This document shows, piece by piece, positions 28,707 to 38,478 of a DNA stretch of 64,000 bases. Each line of letters starts with the position of its first letter. Within the stretch, counting starts at the first letter, position 1. Below the pieces are notes generated by a model. The model had not been told where the DNA came from. It was given only the letters and a program-made list of their open reading frames with translations, and searched no databases. The translations under genes were made by a program, and so were the position numbers. Origin of the DNA: a bacterium. Its GTDB lineage: Bacteria > SAR324 > NAC60-12. Where the stretch lies: assembly GCA_965233585.1 (NCBI GenBank), contig CBDDTI010000295.1, positions 1 to 64,000 of the forward strand. Reading direction: 5' to 3'.

Positions 28707-31448
28707 ATGAAGATCAATCATTTTGCAAGATGGGTCAGTTTGATATTACTCATTAATGCTTGTGGAGACTCTGGTAACAACCAGAACTCCCAAGCACCAC
28801 AACCAGCAGTCGCAGTGTCTGAAAGTCAGGAACAAGTGCCTTGTCCGCAACAAGGCAACCTCACCATTAAGAATGAACGTTCGTCAGATGTCGTGGTCGG
28901 CTATTCTCCTTCTTTAGAGAATAAAGATGCCCAACTGGCTCTGGTGCCTCCTCACTCTCAATGCCAACTTGACCTCTCCAAAGGGCAAGGTGATTTCGTC
29001 AAATTATACTGGGCAGACTATCAAGACCTATACGCAGGAGAAGCAGCAACGCCATCTTCTGACAACCAACCAAAAAGCAAAGCATTCAAACGTTCTGAAA
29101 TCACTACTTGGGTCATCACTCCCACAAATCCCCAAACTCCTCAAGACTCTCCTGGGTCTGAATCAGGAGGGGGAGAAGACAATCCACCACAAAAACCTGA
29201 CAACCAACCGCCAAGTACACCACATACACTGAATATCAGAGATGTTGGAGCAGATTACGTCACCATTGACTGGGCAGACTCTATTGATCCTGATGGCACT
29301 ATTGCAGGCTATGAAGTCTCTTACAAAACAGGCAACGGGTTGTGGACGGGAGAACAAATCACCACTCAAAACACTTACACCTTCAGCAATTTACAATCCA
29401 ACACTAGCTACACCTTCCGAGTGCGTGCCAAAGATGATGAAGACGCTTGGAGTGCTTACATCAATAGTCCTGAAATCAAAACAAAGGCTTTAGGTAGCTC
29501 TTCAGGAGGAGGAGGCGGAGGCGCCAACCCACCACAACAACCTGCCAAACCCTCCAGTTTGTCTATTTCAAACAGAACCTTAACTTTTGCCACTCAATCA
29601 GGCAACAGCTATCAATGTAGCAAAGATGGAGGTACAAATGTCAGTGATTGCAGCAGTCCCTTTCCTTTTGGCAACAATGCCATTGCCTCAGGCAAGCTCT
29701 GCGTCCGTGCCAAAGCATCAGGCAATGCCCCTGCTTCTGACTGGGCTTGTTACCAGCAAGGCATCCAACCTTCATCCGCTTGGAAGGAAATCAAAGCTAG
29801 TGATGATATTTTTTGGAAACACACCAGCGTTGTGTTTGGTGGCAAAATGTGGATGCTGGGCGGAAATGGCAGAGATGTCTGGAGTTCTTCTGATGGCAGG
29901 ACTTGGACAAAAGAGACTGCTTCAGCAGTTTGGGGAAGAAGGCATGGCCACACCAGCATTGTGTTCAATAACAAAACGTGGGTACTAGGTGGACATGACG
30001 GAATAATTGATTACAAAAATGATGTCTGGAGTTCTTCTGATGGCAAGACTTGGACCAAAGAGACGGCTTCAGCAGGCTGGTCAGGAAGGTATGGACACAC
30101 CAGCATTGTGTTCAATAACAAAATGTGGGTGCTGGGAGGATATGAGGGAATGGCAGGTCGTATAAACGATGTCTGGAGTTCTTCTGATGGCAAGACTTGG
30201 ACCAAAGAGACGGCTTCAGCAGGCTGGTCAGGAAGGTATGGACACACCAGCATTGTGTTCAATAACAAAATGTGGGTGCTGGGAAGTGGCAACGATGTCT
30301 GGAGTTCTTCTGATGGCAAGACTTGGACCAAAGAGACGGCTTCAGCAGGCTGGTCAGGCTGGTCAGGAAGGTCTGGACACACCAGCATTGTGTTCAATAA
30401 CAAAATGTGGGTGCTGGGAGGATATGAGGGAATAATTGATTACAAAAATGATGTCTGGAGTTCTTCTGATGGCAAGACTTGGACCAAAGAGACGGCTTCA
30501 GCAGGCTGGTCAGTAAGGTCTGAACACACCAGCATTGTGTTCAATAACAAAATGTGGGTGCTGGGAGGGAGTTACAAAAACGATGTGTGGAGTGCTTCTG
30601 ATGGCAAAGCTTGGACAAAAGTCACAGATGTAGGGTCTTCAGCAGGCTGGTCAGTAAGGTCTGAACACACCAGCGTTGCGTTCAATAACAAAATGTGGGT
30701 GCTGGGGGGAGGTGACAAGGGTGTGTGGAGTTCTTCTGATGGCAAGTCTTGGACAAAAGTCACAAGTGTAGCAGGCTGGCGAGGCTGGCGAGGCTGGGGA
30801 GTAAAGGGTGGACACACCAGCATTGTTTTCAATAACAAAATGTGGGTGCTGGGAGGGAGTTACAAAAACGATGTCTGGAGTTCTTCTGACGGCAGGAATT
30901 GGACCAAAGAGACTGCTTCAGCAGGCTGGTCAGGAAGGGATAGCCACACCAGCGTTGCGTTCAATAACAAAATGTGGGTGCTGGGAGGAAAGGGCACAAT
31001 GGGTAGCAAAAACGATGTCTGGAGTTCTTCTGATGGCAAGACTTGGACCAAAGAGACTGCTTCAGCAGGCTGGTCAGGAAGGAATAACCACACCAGCATT
31101 GTGTTCAATAACAAAATGTGGGTGCTGGGAGGAGGTGGCGAAAACGATGTCTGGAGTTCTTCTGATGGCAAGACTTGGACTAAAGAGACTGCTTCAGCAG
31201 GCTGGTCAGGAAGGAATAACCACACCAGCATTGTGTTCAATAACAAAATGTGGGTACTGGGAGGGGGTTACAAAAACGATGTCTGGAGTTCTTCTGATGG
31301 CAAGACTTGGACTAAAGAGACTGCTTCAGCAGGCTGGTCAGGAAGGGATAGCCACACCAGCATTGTGTTCAATAACAAAATGTGGGTGCTGGGAGGATAT
31401 GGTCCCAAATCTGGTAGCAAAAACGATGTCTGGGCTTTTGAACCTTGA
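28707..31448 (+). CDS. Surface lipoprotein: FN3 + 12 Kelch-like/Asp-box repeats (beta-propeller)
   Basis: Lipobox LINAC; FN3 (YTFRVRAKD); repeats HTSIVFNNKMWVLGG-x-NDVWSSSDGKTWTKETASAGWSGR. Confidence 0.9.
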   Translation: MKINHFARWVSLILLINACGDSGNNQNSQAPQPAVAVSESQEQVPCPQQGNLTIKNERSSDVVVGYSPSLENKDAQLALVPPHSQCQLDLSKGQGDFVKLYWADYQDLYAGEAATPSSDNQPKSKAFKRSEITTWVITPTNPQTPQDSPGSESGGGEDNPPQKPDNQPPSTPHTLNIRDVGADYVTIDWADSIDPDGTIAGYEVSYKTGNGLWTGEQITTQNTYTFSNLQSNTSYTFRVRAKDDEDAWSAYINSPEIKTKALGSSSGGGGGGANPPQQPAKPSSLSISNRTLTFATQSGNSYQCSKDGGTNVSDCSSPFPFGNNAIASGKLCVRAKASGNAPASDWACYQQGIQPSSAWKEIKASDDIFWKHTSVVFGGKMWMLGGNGRDVWSSSDGRTWTKETASAVWGRRHGHTSIVFNNKTWVLGGHDGIIDYKNDVWSSSDGKTWTKETASAGWSGRYGHTSIVFNNKMWVLGGYEGMAGRINDVWSSSDGKTWTKETASAGWSGRYGHTSIVFNNKMWVLGSGNDVWSSSDGKTWTKETASAGWSGWSGRSGHTSIVFNNKMWVLGGYEGIIDYKNDVWSSSDGKTWTKETASAGWSVRSEHTSIVFNNKMWVLGGSYKNDVWSASDGKAWTKVTDVGSSAGWSVRSEHTSVAFNNKMWVLGGGDKGVWSSSDGKSWTKVTSVAGWRGWRGWGVKGGHTSIVFNNKMWVLGGSYKNDVWSSSDGRNWTKETASAGWSGRDSHTSVAFNNKMWVLGGKGTMGSKNDVWSSSDGKTWTKETASAGWSGRNNHTSIVFNNKMWVLGGGGENDVWSSSDGKTWTKETASAGWSGRNNHTSIVFNNKMWVLGGGYKNDVWSSSDGKTWTKETASAGWSGRDSHTSIVFNNKMWVLGGYGPKSGSKNDVWAFEP
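29820..31435 (+). repeat. Twelve ~130-145-bp coding tandem repeats
   Basis: Near-identical DNA scaffold with two variable segments per unit. Confidence 0.95.
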
Positions 31449-31549
31449 AAATCCTCATACTGTCATTGTGAACACATATCTACAATCTCAAAGAGCAAGA
31501 ATCCCCCATCTACTTCAAAGGGACGGGTTTCTTCATTCCCCCTTTGATA

Positions 31550-31608
31550 GGCAGTGTTCACTTGGTATTGTCATGATATTTTTCAAATCTTTTATAGTCA
31601 AAGAAGAG
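31550..31608 (-). mobile_element. Isolated right-end remnant of the same IS1 element
   Basis: GGCAGTGTTCACTTGGTATTGTCATGATATTTTTCAAATCTTTTATAGTCAAAGAAGAG matches the reverse complement of 2838-2896 with few mismatches. Confidence 0.88.
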
Positions 31609-31661
31609 TCAGTCATTTTGCTTGACTCTTCATTTTTTAACAAAAATCAACACTAGGAAAC

Positions 31662-34199
31662 ATGATGAAAATCAATCATTTTGCAAGATGGGTCAGTTTG
31701 ATATTACTCATTCATGCCTGTGCAGACTCTGGTAACAATCAGAACTCCCAAGAGCAACCAGCAGTCGCAGTGTCAGCAAGTCAGGAACAAAGTGTGCCTT
31801 GTCCGCAACAAGGCAACCTCACCATTAAGAATGAACGTTCGTCAGATGTCGTGGTCGGCTATTCTCCTTCTTTAGAGAACAAAAAAGCTCAACTGGCTCT
31901 GGTGCCTCCTCACTCTCAATGCCAACTTGACCTCTCCAAAGGGCAAGGTGATTTCGTCAAATTATACTGGGCAGACTATCAAGACCTATACGCAGGAGAA
32001 GCAGCAGAACCATCTTCTGACAACCAACCAAAAAGCAAAGCATTCAAACGTTCTGAAATCACCACTTGGGTCATTACTCCCACAAATCCCCAAACTCCTC
32101 AAGACTCTCCTGAGTCTGAATCAGGAGGGGGAAAAGACAAACCACCACAAAAGCCAGACAACCCTGACAATCAACCGCCAAGCACACCGCATATACTGAA
32201 CATCAGAGATGTTGGTACAGATTACGTCACCATTGACTGGGCAGACTCTATTGATCCTGATGGCGCAATCACAGGTTACGAAGTCTCTTACAAAGCAGGC
32301 AATAATGGATTTTGGACAGGGACAAGCACGACAGACAGCACAACTTACACCTTTAACAACTTACAACCTAACACCGCTTACACCTTCCGAGTCCGTGCCA
32401 AAGATGATGACGATGCTTGGGGTGATTACATCAACAGTCCTGAAATCAAAACAAAGGCTTTAGGTAGCTCTTCAGGAGGAGGCGGCGGAGGCGCCAACCC
32501 ACCACAACAACCTGCCAAACCCTCCAGTTTGTCTATTTCAAACAGAACCTTAACTTTTGCCACTCAATCAGGCAACAGCTATCAATGTAGCAAAGATGGA
32601 GGTACAAATGTCAGTGATTGCAGCAGTCCCTTTCCTTTTGGCAACAATGCCATTGCATCAGGCAAACTCTGTGTGCGAGTGAAGGCATCAGGCAATGCTC
32701 CTGCATCAGACTGGAGTTGTTACAATCAAGCCATTGCTGCAGCTAACCAAGCACCAAGCAAGCCCAGCACGATTCAAACCAGCAATGTTGGAGCAGACAG
32801 CATCACGGTGTCATGGACTGCTGCCACAGATTCAGATGGGAGCATTGCAGGCTATCAAGTCTCTTACAAAGAAGGGAGCAACGGCTGGACAGGAGAACAA
32901 ACCACCACCCAAACCACTTACACTTTCAGCAGTTTGCAATCTAACACCAGCTACACTTTCCGAGTGCGTGCCAAGGATGATGACGATGCTTGGAGTGGAT
33001 ACAAAGAAAGTAACCGTTTTGGTTTTAATCTCAAATTTAAAGCGATTTCTAAATCTGGATTGGCAAAATCAGAACCTTCTTTTGCAATAAACGAAGAAGG
33101 GTATTTATTTTCTTGGGGCAATAATAATAAAGGTCAGTTAGGGTTAGGTGATACAGATAAGAGAACTAGACCGACACGTGTGGGTAACAAAACATATCAA
33201 ACTGTTTCTTCTGGAAGCTTTATGGCTTTGGCAATAGATACGAAAGGGCATTTGTTTTCTTGGGGAGAAAATATAGCAGGATCGTTAGGATTAGGTGGCG
33301 AAAGCATTACTTACAAAACAAACAGATTCGGTGAGCAATATGTAACTCAACCTTATCAAATAGGAAGTAGAAAATATCGTCTAATAGAAGCAGCTGGAAT
33401 AAGTTCCTTTGCAATTTCAACAAGTGGTGGATTTTATTCTTGGGGCTATAATGGCACTCTGGGACACCTTGCACTGAGTGATAATAGTAGTGATAATCAT
33501 TATGGAACTCAAACAGGATGTCTATTGAATGGGATTAATTCTAAATCAGACAGCAATCATAAATACTATTTAGATCAACCTCACCTAAGAAACCCTAGTA
33601 AAACAGGAAATCTCACTGCTATATCTGCAAGCATAACAGGTTCTCACGTATTAGCTATAAGCAGCAATGGCACTATTTCTTGGGGATTTGGCTGGTTTGG
33701 CTTACTTGAAGATTCTACTACATCAGTACTGTCTAGCGATCAAGAGGGACGTCCTTGTGTTGGTTATCACATCAGCGTCGGTAATACAAAGTATCAAAAT
33801 GTTGCAGCAGCTAAATGGGTATCTTTTGGAATTGATAGTCAGGGTCATCTTTATAGTTGGGGAAGACCTGGTGCCAGACTTGGTAGGTCTGTTCCCAGTT
33901 CTCAGATAATTATGTTGCCATTTAACAAAAATAGTAAGTTAGCCTCTACAAAAAGAGGTCGGATAGGAAATAGAAAATACAAAACGATAACAGCGTACTA
34001 CGAAAGTGCTTTTGCTTTAGATGAAAATGGTCATTTGTTTGCTTGGGGAGGCTTTAATGGCAAAAGTACACCAACACAACTGGGTAATGAAAAATACAAA
34101 AAAATTAGCAACGGATTAGGCATTGATGAAAACGGCTTCCTTTGGCAATGGAACAAGGAATATCCTACTCCTAAACCAGTGAGACTTGTGCAATATTGA
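31662..34199 (+). CDS. Surface lipoprotein paralog: 2x FN3 + RCC1-like repeat domain
   Basis: First ~350 aa nearly identical to the 28707 protein; lipobox LIHAC; RCC1 motifs FAINEEGYLFSWGNNNKGQLGLG and AIDTKGHLFSWGEN. Confidence 0.88.
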   Translation: MMKINHFARWVSLILLIHACADSGNNQNSQEQPAVAVSASQEQSVPCPQQGNLTIKNERSSDVVVGYSPSLENKKAQLALVPPHSQCQLDLSKGQGDFVKLYWADYQDLYAGEAAEPSSDNQPKSKAFKRSEITTWVITPTNPQTPQDSPESESGGGKDKPPQKPDNPDNQPPSTPHILNIRDVGTDYVTIDWADSIDPDGAITGYEVSYKAGNNGFWTGTSTTDSTTYTFNNLQPNTAYTFRVRAKDDDDAWGDYINSPEIKTKALGSSSGGGGGGANPPQQPAKPSSLSISNRTLTFATQSGNSYQCSKDGGTNVSDCSSPFPFGNNAIASGKLCVRVKASGNAPASDWSCYNQAIAAANQAPSKPSTIQTSNVGADSITVSWTAATDSDGSIAGYQVSYKEGSNGWTGEQTTTQTTYTFSSLQSNTSYTFRVRAKDDDDAWSGYKESNRFGFNLKFKAISKSGLAKSEPSFAINEEGYLFSWGNNNKGQLGLGDTDKRTRPTRVGNKTYQTVSSGSFMALAIDTKGHLFSWGENIAGSLGLGGESITYKTNRFGEQYVTQPYQIGSRKYRLIEAAGISSFAISTSGGFYSWGYNGTLGHLALSDNSSDNHYGTQTGCLLNGINSKSDSNHKYYLDQPHLRNPSKTGNLTAISASITGSHVLAISSNGTISWGFGWFGLLEDSTTSVLSSDQEGRPCVGYHISVGNTKYQNVAAAKWVSFGIDSQGHLYSWGRPGARLGRSVPSSQIIMLPFNKNSKLASTKRGRIGNRKYKTITAYYESAFALDENGHLFAWGGFNGKSTPTQLGNEKYKKISNGLGIDENGFLWQWNKEYPTPKPVRLVQY

Positions 34200-34302
34200 T
34201 AAAACCTCACAGTCAATGGCATTTGCATCATTCAAAAAACTCCCATGCGTGTTCCCATTTTTAAGTAGAAAAATCTCTGACCCTGTGTTCATTCATTTGC
34301 AA

Positions 34303-34800
34303 TGGATTCCTCATCAAGCACAGAATGACAACTATTGTCATTCGGAGCGAAAGAACGTCACCCCCTGTGAAAACAGGGGCAGGAATCCAGTCACGTTAGG
34401 AATCTGTGCTTGGTTTGGTGATAGATTCCGCATCAAGTTCAGAATGACAAAGAACGTCTTCACCTTGAAAACCGTCATTGCGGGCTTGATACGCAATCTT
34501 CTTTGTCTTGCGTGTCTTGGTCATCTGTGGGCTTGCCCCGCAATCTCTTTTTTCCTAACTACCCCCGTCATTGCTCACCTTGACCCGCAATCTCTCTTTT
34601 TTCTTTGCTTTCCTCTTCCCAATAACTCCATTTTTTGAGATTCCGCATCAAGTGCGGAATGACTGAGAATATCTTCATTTTTCCTAACTACCCCCGTCAT
34701 TGCTCACCTTGACCCGCAATCTCATTCTTCTTAAAACACAGGACAAACACTCGGGTTTGTCTCTACGCTGTCATCTGTGGGCTTGACCCGCAATCTCTCT
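34303..34800. repeat. REP-like palindrome cluster (right border of the island)
   Basis: Multiple GTCATTGC(G/T)(G/C)..CTTGACCCGCAATCTC units, GAGATTCCGCATCAAGTGCGGAATGAC and a reverse GTAG-type REP at about 34739-34766. 34305-34448 is an inverted homolog of about 822-935. Confidence 0.88.
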
Positions 34801-34915
34801 TTTTTCCCAGACTACTCCGTCAGGCTTTGTTTTTTCGTTATGGCTCGCCTTCAACTCTGATAGAAGCGATCCCCAAAGATACGATGCTTTAAAAAGGGAG
34901 AACTTCCTAAAATGA

Positions 34916-34943
34916 TTGACAACTTGGGGGCAGTCGTTATACT
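34916..34943 (+). promoter_or_regulatory. Putative sigma70 promoter of gltA
   Basis: TTGACA-N16-TATACT, followed by RBS AAAGGAG before ATG 35003. Confidence 0.65.
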
Positions 34944-35002
34944 CTTTTGCTTTTCAAGAATGATGGTTTATTGAGCAGTATTATTTAGAATAAAGGAGTC
35001 TT

Positions 35003-36292
35003 ATGTCTAAGCAAGCAACACTTCAGCTGCCGTCTGGCAAGTCTATTGAACTTCCTGTTGTGGAAGGAACAGAGTCGGATCGTGCTGTGGATATTAGTCG
35101 GTTACGTGCCAGCACGGGATTTACAACTTTTGACCCGGGCTTTGGCAACACAGCAGGTTTTAAGAGTGAAATCACCTATTTAGATGGTGAGAAAGGAATT
35201 TTACGTTACCGCGGAATCCCCATTCAACAACTTGCAGAAAATGCAGATTTTTTGGAGGTATCGTATCTTTTGCTTTATGGAAGTTTGCCCTCAAAAGCGA
35301 CTTTGCAAGAGTTTTCAAGTCAGATAGAAAAAAGTAATTTTTTGCCTGAAGACATTTATAACTTTGTTCAAAATTCTCCCAGTGCGGCACACCCTGTTGC
35401 CAACTTAGCTTCTGCGACGGTCTCTCTTTCTGCTCATTATGCCAAAGTTTCAGGAGAGGCAGCAGTTGAAAAATTTGGGTCAAATGTAATTCAGATGCTT
35501 GCAAAAATCCGTGTGCTTGCTGCATACGCTTATCGTAAATCTGTGGGGCAACCTTTGCTACCACCTGAAGAAGGGCAGTCATATTGTGGGAATTTTTTAA
35601 AAATGATGTTTGCGGCGCCGGGACAGGATTATCAAGTGCAACCTGTTGTTGAAAAAGCCTTGAATCTTCTGCTGATTTTGCACGCAGACCATGAACAGAA
35701 TTGCAGTACTTCTACTGTACGGACAGTGGGTAGTGGCATGGCTAATTTTTATGCTTCTATTGCGGCGGGAATCTTGGCACTTTGGGGACCTTTGCATGGT
35801 GGAGCAAATCAGCAGGTGATTGAGATGTTGCAGCGCATTCGTGAAGAAGGGGGAGACATCAAACGTTTTATAGAGATGGCTAAGGACAAAAGCAATCCGT
35901 TTCGTTTGATGGGTTTTGGGCATCGTGTTTACAAAAATTACGACCCACGTGCTGCCATTGTCAAAAAATCATGCGACTCTGTGCTAGAGCAACTGGGGGT
36001 CAATGATCCTTTGCTAGATATTGCCAAAGAGTTGGAACATGTGGCTCTGAATGATTCTTATTTTCAAGACCGCAAACTCTATCCCAATGTTGACTTTTAT
36101 AGTGGTGTGATTTACCGAGCGGTTGGCATTCCAACCAATATGCTGACAGTCATGTTTGCACTGGGAAGGCTACCGGGTTGGGCGGCTCAATGGTATGAAT
36201 TAATGAATGACCCCGAAAAAAGAATCATCAGACCCCGACAAATCTATACTGGGGAGCAGGAACGTGGGTATGTTGCTGATGACCTGCGTTGA
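35003..36292 (+). CDS. gltA: Citrate synthase
   Basis: LHADHEQNCST, GPLHGGAN, LMGFGHRVYKNYDPRA and YPNVDFYSG motifs. Confidence 0.98.
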   Translation: MSKQATLQLPSGKSIELPVVEGTESDRAVDISRLRASTGFTTFDPGFGNTAGFKSEITYLDGEKGILRYRGIPIQQLAENADFLEVSYLLLYGSLPSKATLQEFSSQIEKSNFLPEDIYNFVQNSPSAAHPVANLASATVSLSAHYAKVSGEAAVEKFGSNVIQMLAKIRVLAAYAYRKSVGQPLLPPEEGQSYCGNFLKMMFAAPGQDYQVQPVVEKALNLLLILHADHEQNCSTSTVRTVGSGMANFYASIAAGILALWGPLHGGANQQVIEMLQRIREEGGDIKRFIEMAKDKSNPFRLMGFGHRVYKNYDPRAAIVKKSCDSVLEQLGVNDPLLDIAKELEHVALNDSYFQDRKLYPNVDFYSGVIYRAVGIPTNMLTVMFALGRLPGWAAQWYELMNDPEKRIIRPRQIYTGEQERGYVADDLR

Positions 36293-36352
36293 TTCCTTAC
36301 AACCTTAATCAAAGGCAATTTAAGAGACCATGCTGTCACATTGCTTGCAAAC

Positions 36353-37123
36353 ATGAATTTAGAACACTACATCAAGAAACGTCAAGAACACAAGTCAACG
36401 TTGCTGATGACTCATTTGGTGGTTGGGTATCCTTCGCTTGAGGCGAACTATCAGATGTTGGAGGCGATGGAACAAGCAGGGGTTGACCTTGTTGAGCTTC
36501 AAATGCCTTTTAGTGAACCGATTGCTGATGGTCCTTTATTTGTGCATGCCAATCAACAAGCATTGGAACAAGGGGTAACGTTCCAAAAGTATCTGCAATT
36601 TGCCAAAGAAGTGACGCAGAAATATCGCTTTCCTGCACTGATGATGGGCTACCTCAACACAGCTTTTCAACAGGGGTACCATCAATTTTGCAAACAGTTG
36701 CAAGACGTTGGTTTGGCAGGATTTATCCTTGCTGACCTGCCTGTTGAAGAAGGAGCAGAGTTGTTCCAATCTTGTGCAGAATTTGAGCTTTCTCCTATTT
36801 TGATTTGCACACCAACCAATACAACTGCTCGCCTGCAAGAGATTGTTCAACAAGCCAAAGGATTCCTTTATTGTGTGGCAAGAAAAGGAGTGACAGGTCA
36901 AAAAACAGACCTTGATGAGGAGACATTTTTGCTTTTGGAACGTTGCCGAGAAAGGTCATCTATTCCTCTGGGATTGGGGTTTGGCATTTCTTCTTCAGAA
37001 CAAGTGAAGGCATTGCAGGGCAAAGCAGATTTGCTGATTGTTGGTTCTGCGTTGTTGCGTGCTTGGCAAGAAGGAGGTTTACATCAATATCAAAAACAAC
37101 TTCAAAAACTTTCTGTGAAATGA
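36353..37123 (+). CDS. trpA: Tryptophan synthase alpha chain
   Basis: VELQMPFSEPIADGP, MGYLN, DLP.EE, GVTG, GFGIS and IVGSA motifs. Confidence 0.93.
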   Translation: MNLEHYIKKRQEHKSTLLMTHLVVGYPSLEANYQMLEAMEQAGVDLVELQMPFSEPIADGPLFVHANQQALEQGVTFQKYLQFAKEVTQKYRFPALMMGYLNTAFQQGYHQFCKQLQDVGLAGFILADLPVEEGAELFQSCAEFELSPILICTPTNTTARLQEIVQQAKGFLYCVARKGVTGQKTDLDEETFLLLERCRERSSIPLGLGFGISSSEQVKALQGKADLLIVGSALLRAWQEGGLHQYQKQLQKLSVK

Positions 37124-37186
37124 GGCTTTCAAGGAGTTTTGAAGGGTCATAAGTTTCTTAAAATCAACCTAAACAAGATTGAAACC

Positions 37187-37780
37187 ATGCGTTCTATTTT
37201 CCTTATTTTCGTTGCTTTGTTTGCTTATTCTCATTCGCTTTTTGCTGTGGATATTCTGACCCCTGGTGAGATTCGGAATCAACTGCTTTCTCGGGATAAA
37301 ACGTCCAAAGTGCCATCATTTGAGGGTCGGATCACCCGCATCACAGATTCTGAAAGCGTTTGGGTGCATATCAGCTCAAAACCACTCTTTAGCAAATGGA
37401 CTTACAAGTTGTCCCGTGCCTCGCTTGATGTAGATCGTCAAGAAATCAAAGTCTGGCTTGACTATGTTTCGCCTGCTCGTTCTATCAGTCGTGGCAAAAA
37501 ATACAATGATTGGTTTAAGAAAAAAGTGGCTTATGAGATGGCACAGAAGTTTCAAAATCAAAAGGTTCGTGTACAATACAGAATCATCTCACATGCTTAC
37601 CGCATGAAAGGCATGGTTTGGAGTTCAGAAGAATCTGTCAATTTGTGGCTTGTGGAGAATGGTTGGTCGTTCTATCTATTGCCCCAAGACTCTAAACAGA
37701 GGCGATTTCACAATGAGTTGGTCACTGCAGAACAAAAAGCCCAGAGAGCAAAAGTAGGACTTTGGAAAGGAGCAGAATAA
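37187..37780 (+). CDS. Secreted thermonuclease (SNase)-fold protein
   Basis: Signal peptide; SVNLWLVENGW...AEQKAQRAKVGLW C-terminus typical of SNase. Confidence 0.7.
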   Translation: MRSIFLIFVALFAYSHSLFAVDILTPGEIRNQLLSRDKTSKVPSFEGRITRITDSESVWVHISSKPLFSKWTYKLSRASLDVDRQEIKVWLDYVSPARSISRGKKYNDWFKKKVAYEMAQKFQNQKVRVQYRIISHAYRMKGMVWSSEESVNLWLVENGWSFYLLPQDSKQRRFHNELVTAEQKAQRAKVGLWKGAE

Positions 37781-37785
37781 ACTTG

Positions 37786-38478
37786 ATGCTTGAACAGAAA
37801 CAGCTTGATGAGGCGTTCCAAAAACTTTCTCAAGACGTTGCTTCTTATTCCAAACGTTTTCATTCGCAAGAAGTCAAGGTGATTGCAGTCAGCAAGACAA
37901 TGCCTGCTTCTATGGTCAACATGGCAGTTAAGGCAGGTTTTAGACGATTTGGAGAAAATAGAGTACAAGAGGCGTTGGAAAAAATACCACAGGTTCAAGG
38001 AAACGATTTGGAGTGGCATTTGATTGGTTCATTGCAAACCAACAAAGCAAGGTTTTGTCCTCAACACTTCCAATGGCTTCATTCTTTGGATTCCATCAAA
38101 CTTGCAAAGCGACTGAATCAACACTTTGCAGATGCTAACCAGACTCTCAACGTCTTAATTCAAGTCAATGTTTCTCAAGAAGACTCTAAACATGGACTTG
38201 ATTCGTGGGAAGAGGTTTTGCAATTATCAGAATTTTTACAAGAATGCCCTGCCTTAAAACTAAAAGGTTTAATGGGGATTGCAGGATTACATGATGACGA
38301 AAAAGGAGTGAGACAATCCTTTTCAAAACTTTATCAATGGCAAAATCAGTTGCAAAGTGTGGTCTCATCATGCACAGAGCTTTCTATGGGCATGAGCCAT
38401 GATTATCTTTGGGCATTGGAAGAAGGAGCGACCATGGTACGCATTGGGTCAGCCATTTTTGGCAGACGTTCCCCATGA
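37786..38478 (+). CDS. yggS: PLP homeostasis protein YggS/PLPBP
   Basis: IAVSK, FGENRVQE, WHLIGSLQTNK, LSMGMS and VRIGSAIFG motifs. Confidence 0.96.
   Translation: MLEQKQLDEAFQKLSQDVASYSKRFHSQEVKVIAVSKTMPASMVNMAVKAGFRRFGENRVQEALEKIPQVQGNDLEWHLIGSLQTNKARFCPQHFQWLHSLDSIKLAKRLNQHFADANQTLNVLIQVNVSQEDSKHGLDSWEEVLQLSEFLQECPALKLKGLMGIAGLHDDEKGVRQSFSKLYQWQNQLQSVVSSCTELSMGMSHDYLWALEEGATMVRIGSAIFGRRSP

Noticed and set aside
29820..31435. CRISPR array or diversity-generating retroelement target
   Set aside because: The repeats are in-frame protein repeats. There is no reverse transcriptase or non-coding template repeat in the window, and the variation is not evidently adenine-specific.
30808..31656. 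282-aa repetitive ORF and antisense ORFs over the Kelch-like repeats
   Set aside because: Off-frame shadows that stay open because the repeat unit lacks stops.
22004..34199. Polymorphic toxin-immunity or contact-dependent inhibition system
   Set aside because: No small immunity genes, RHS/hemagglutinin repeats or recognisable toxin domains were seen.
34186..34638. 150-aa ORF after the RCC1-like gene
   Set aside because: Consists largely of translated REP palindromes, with no RBS or protein motif.
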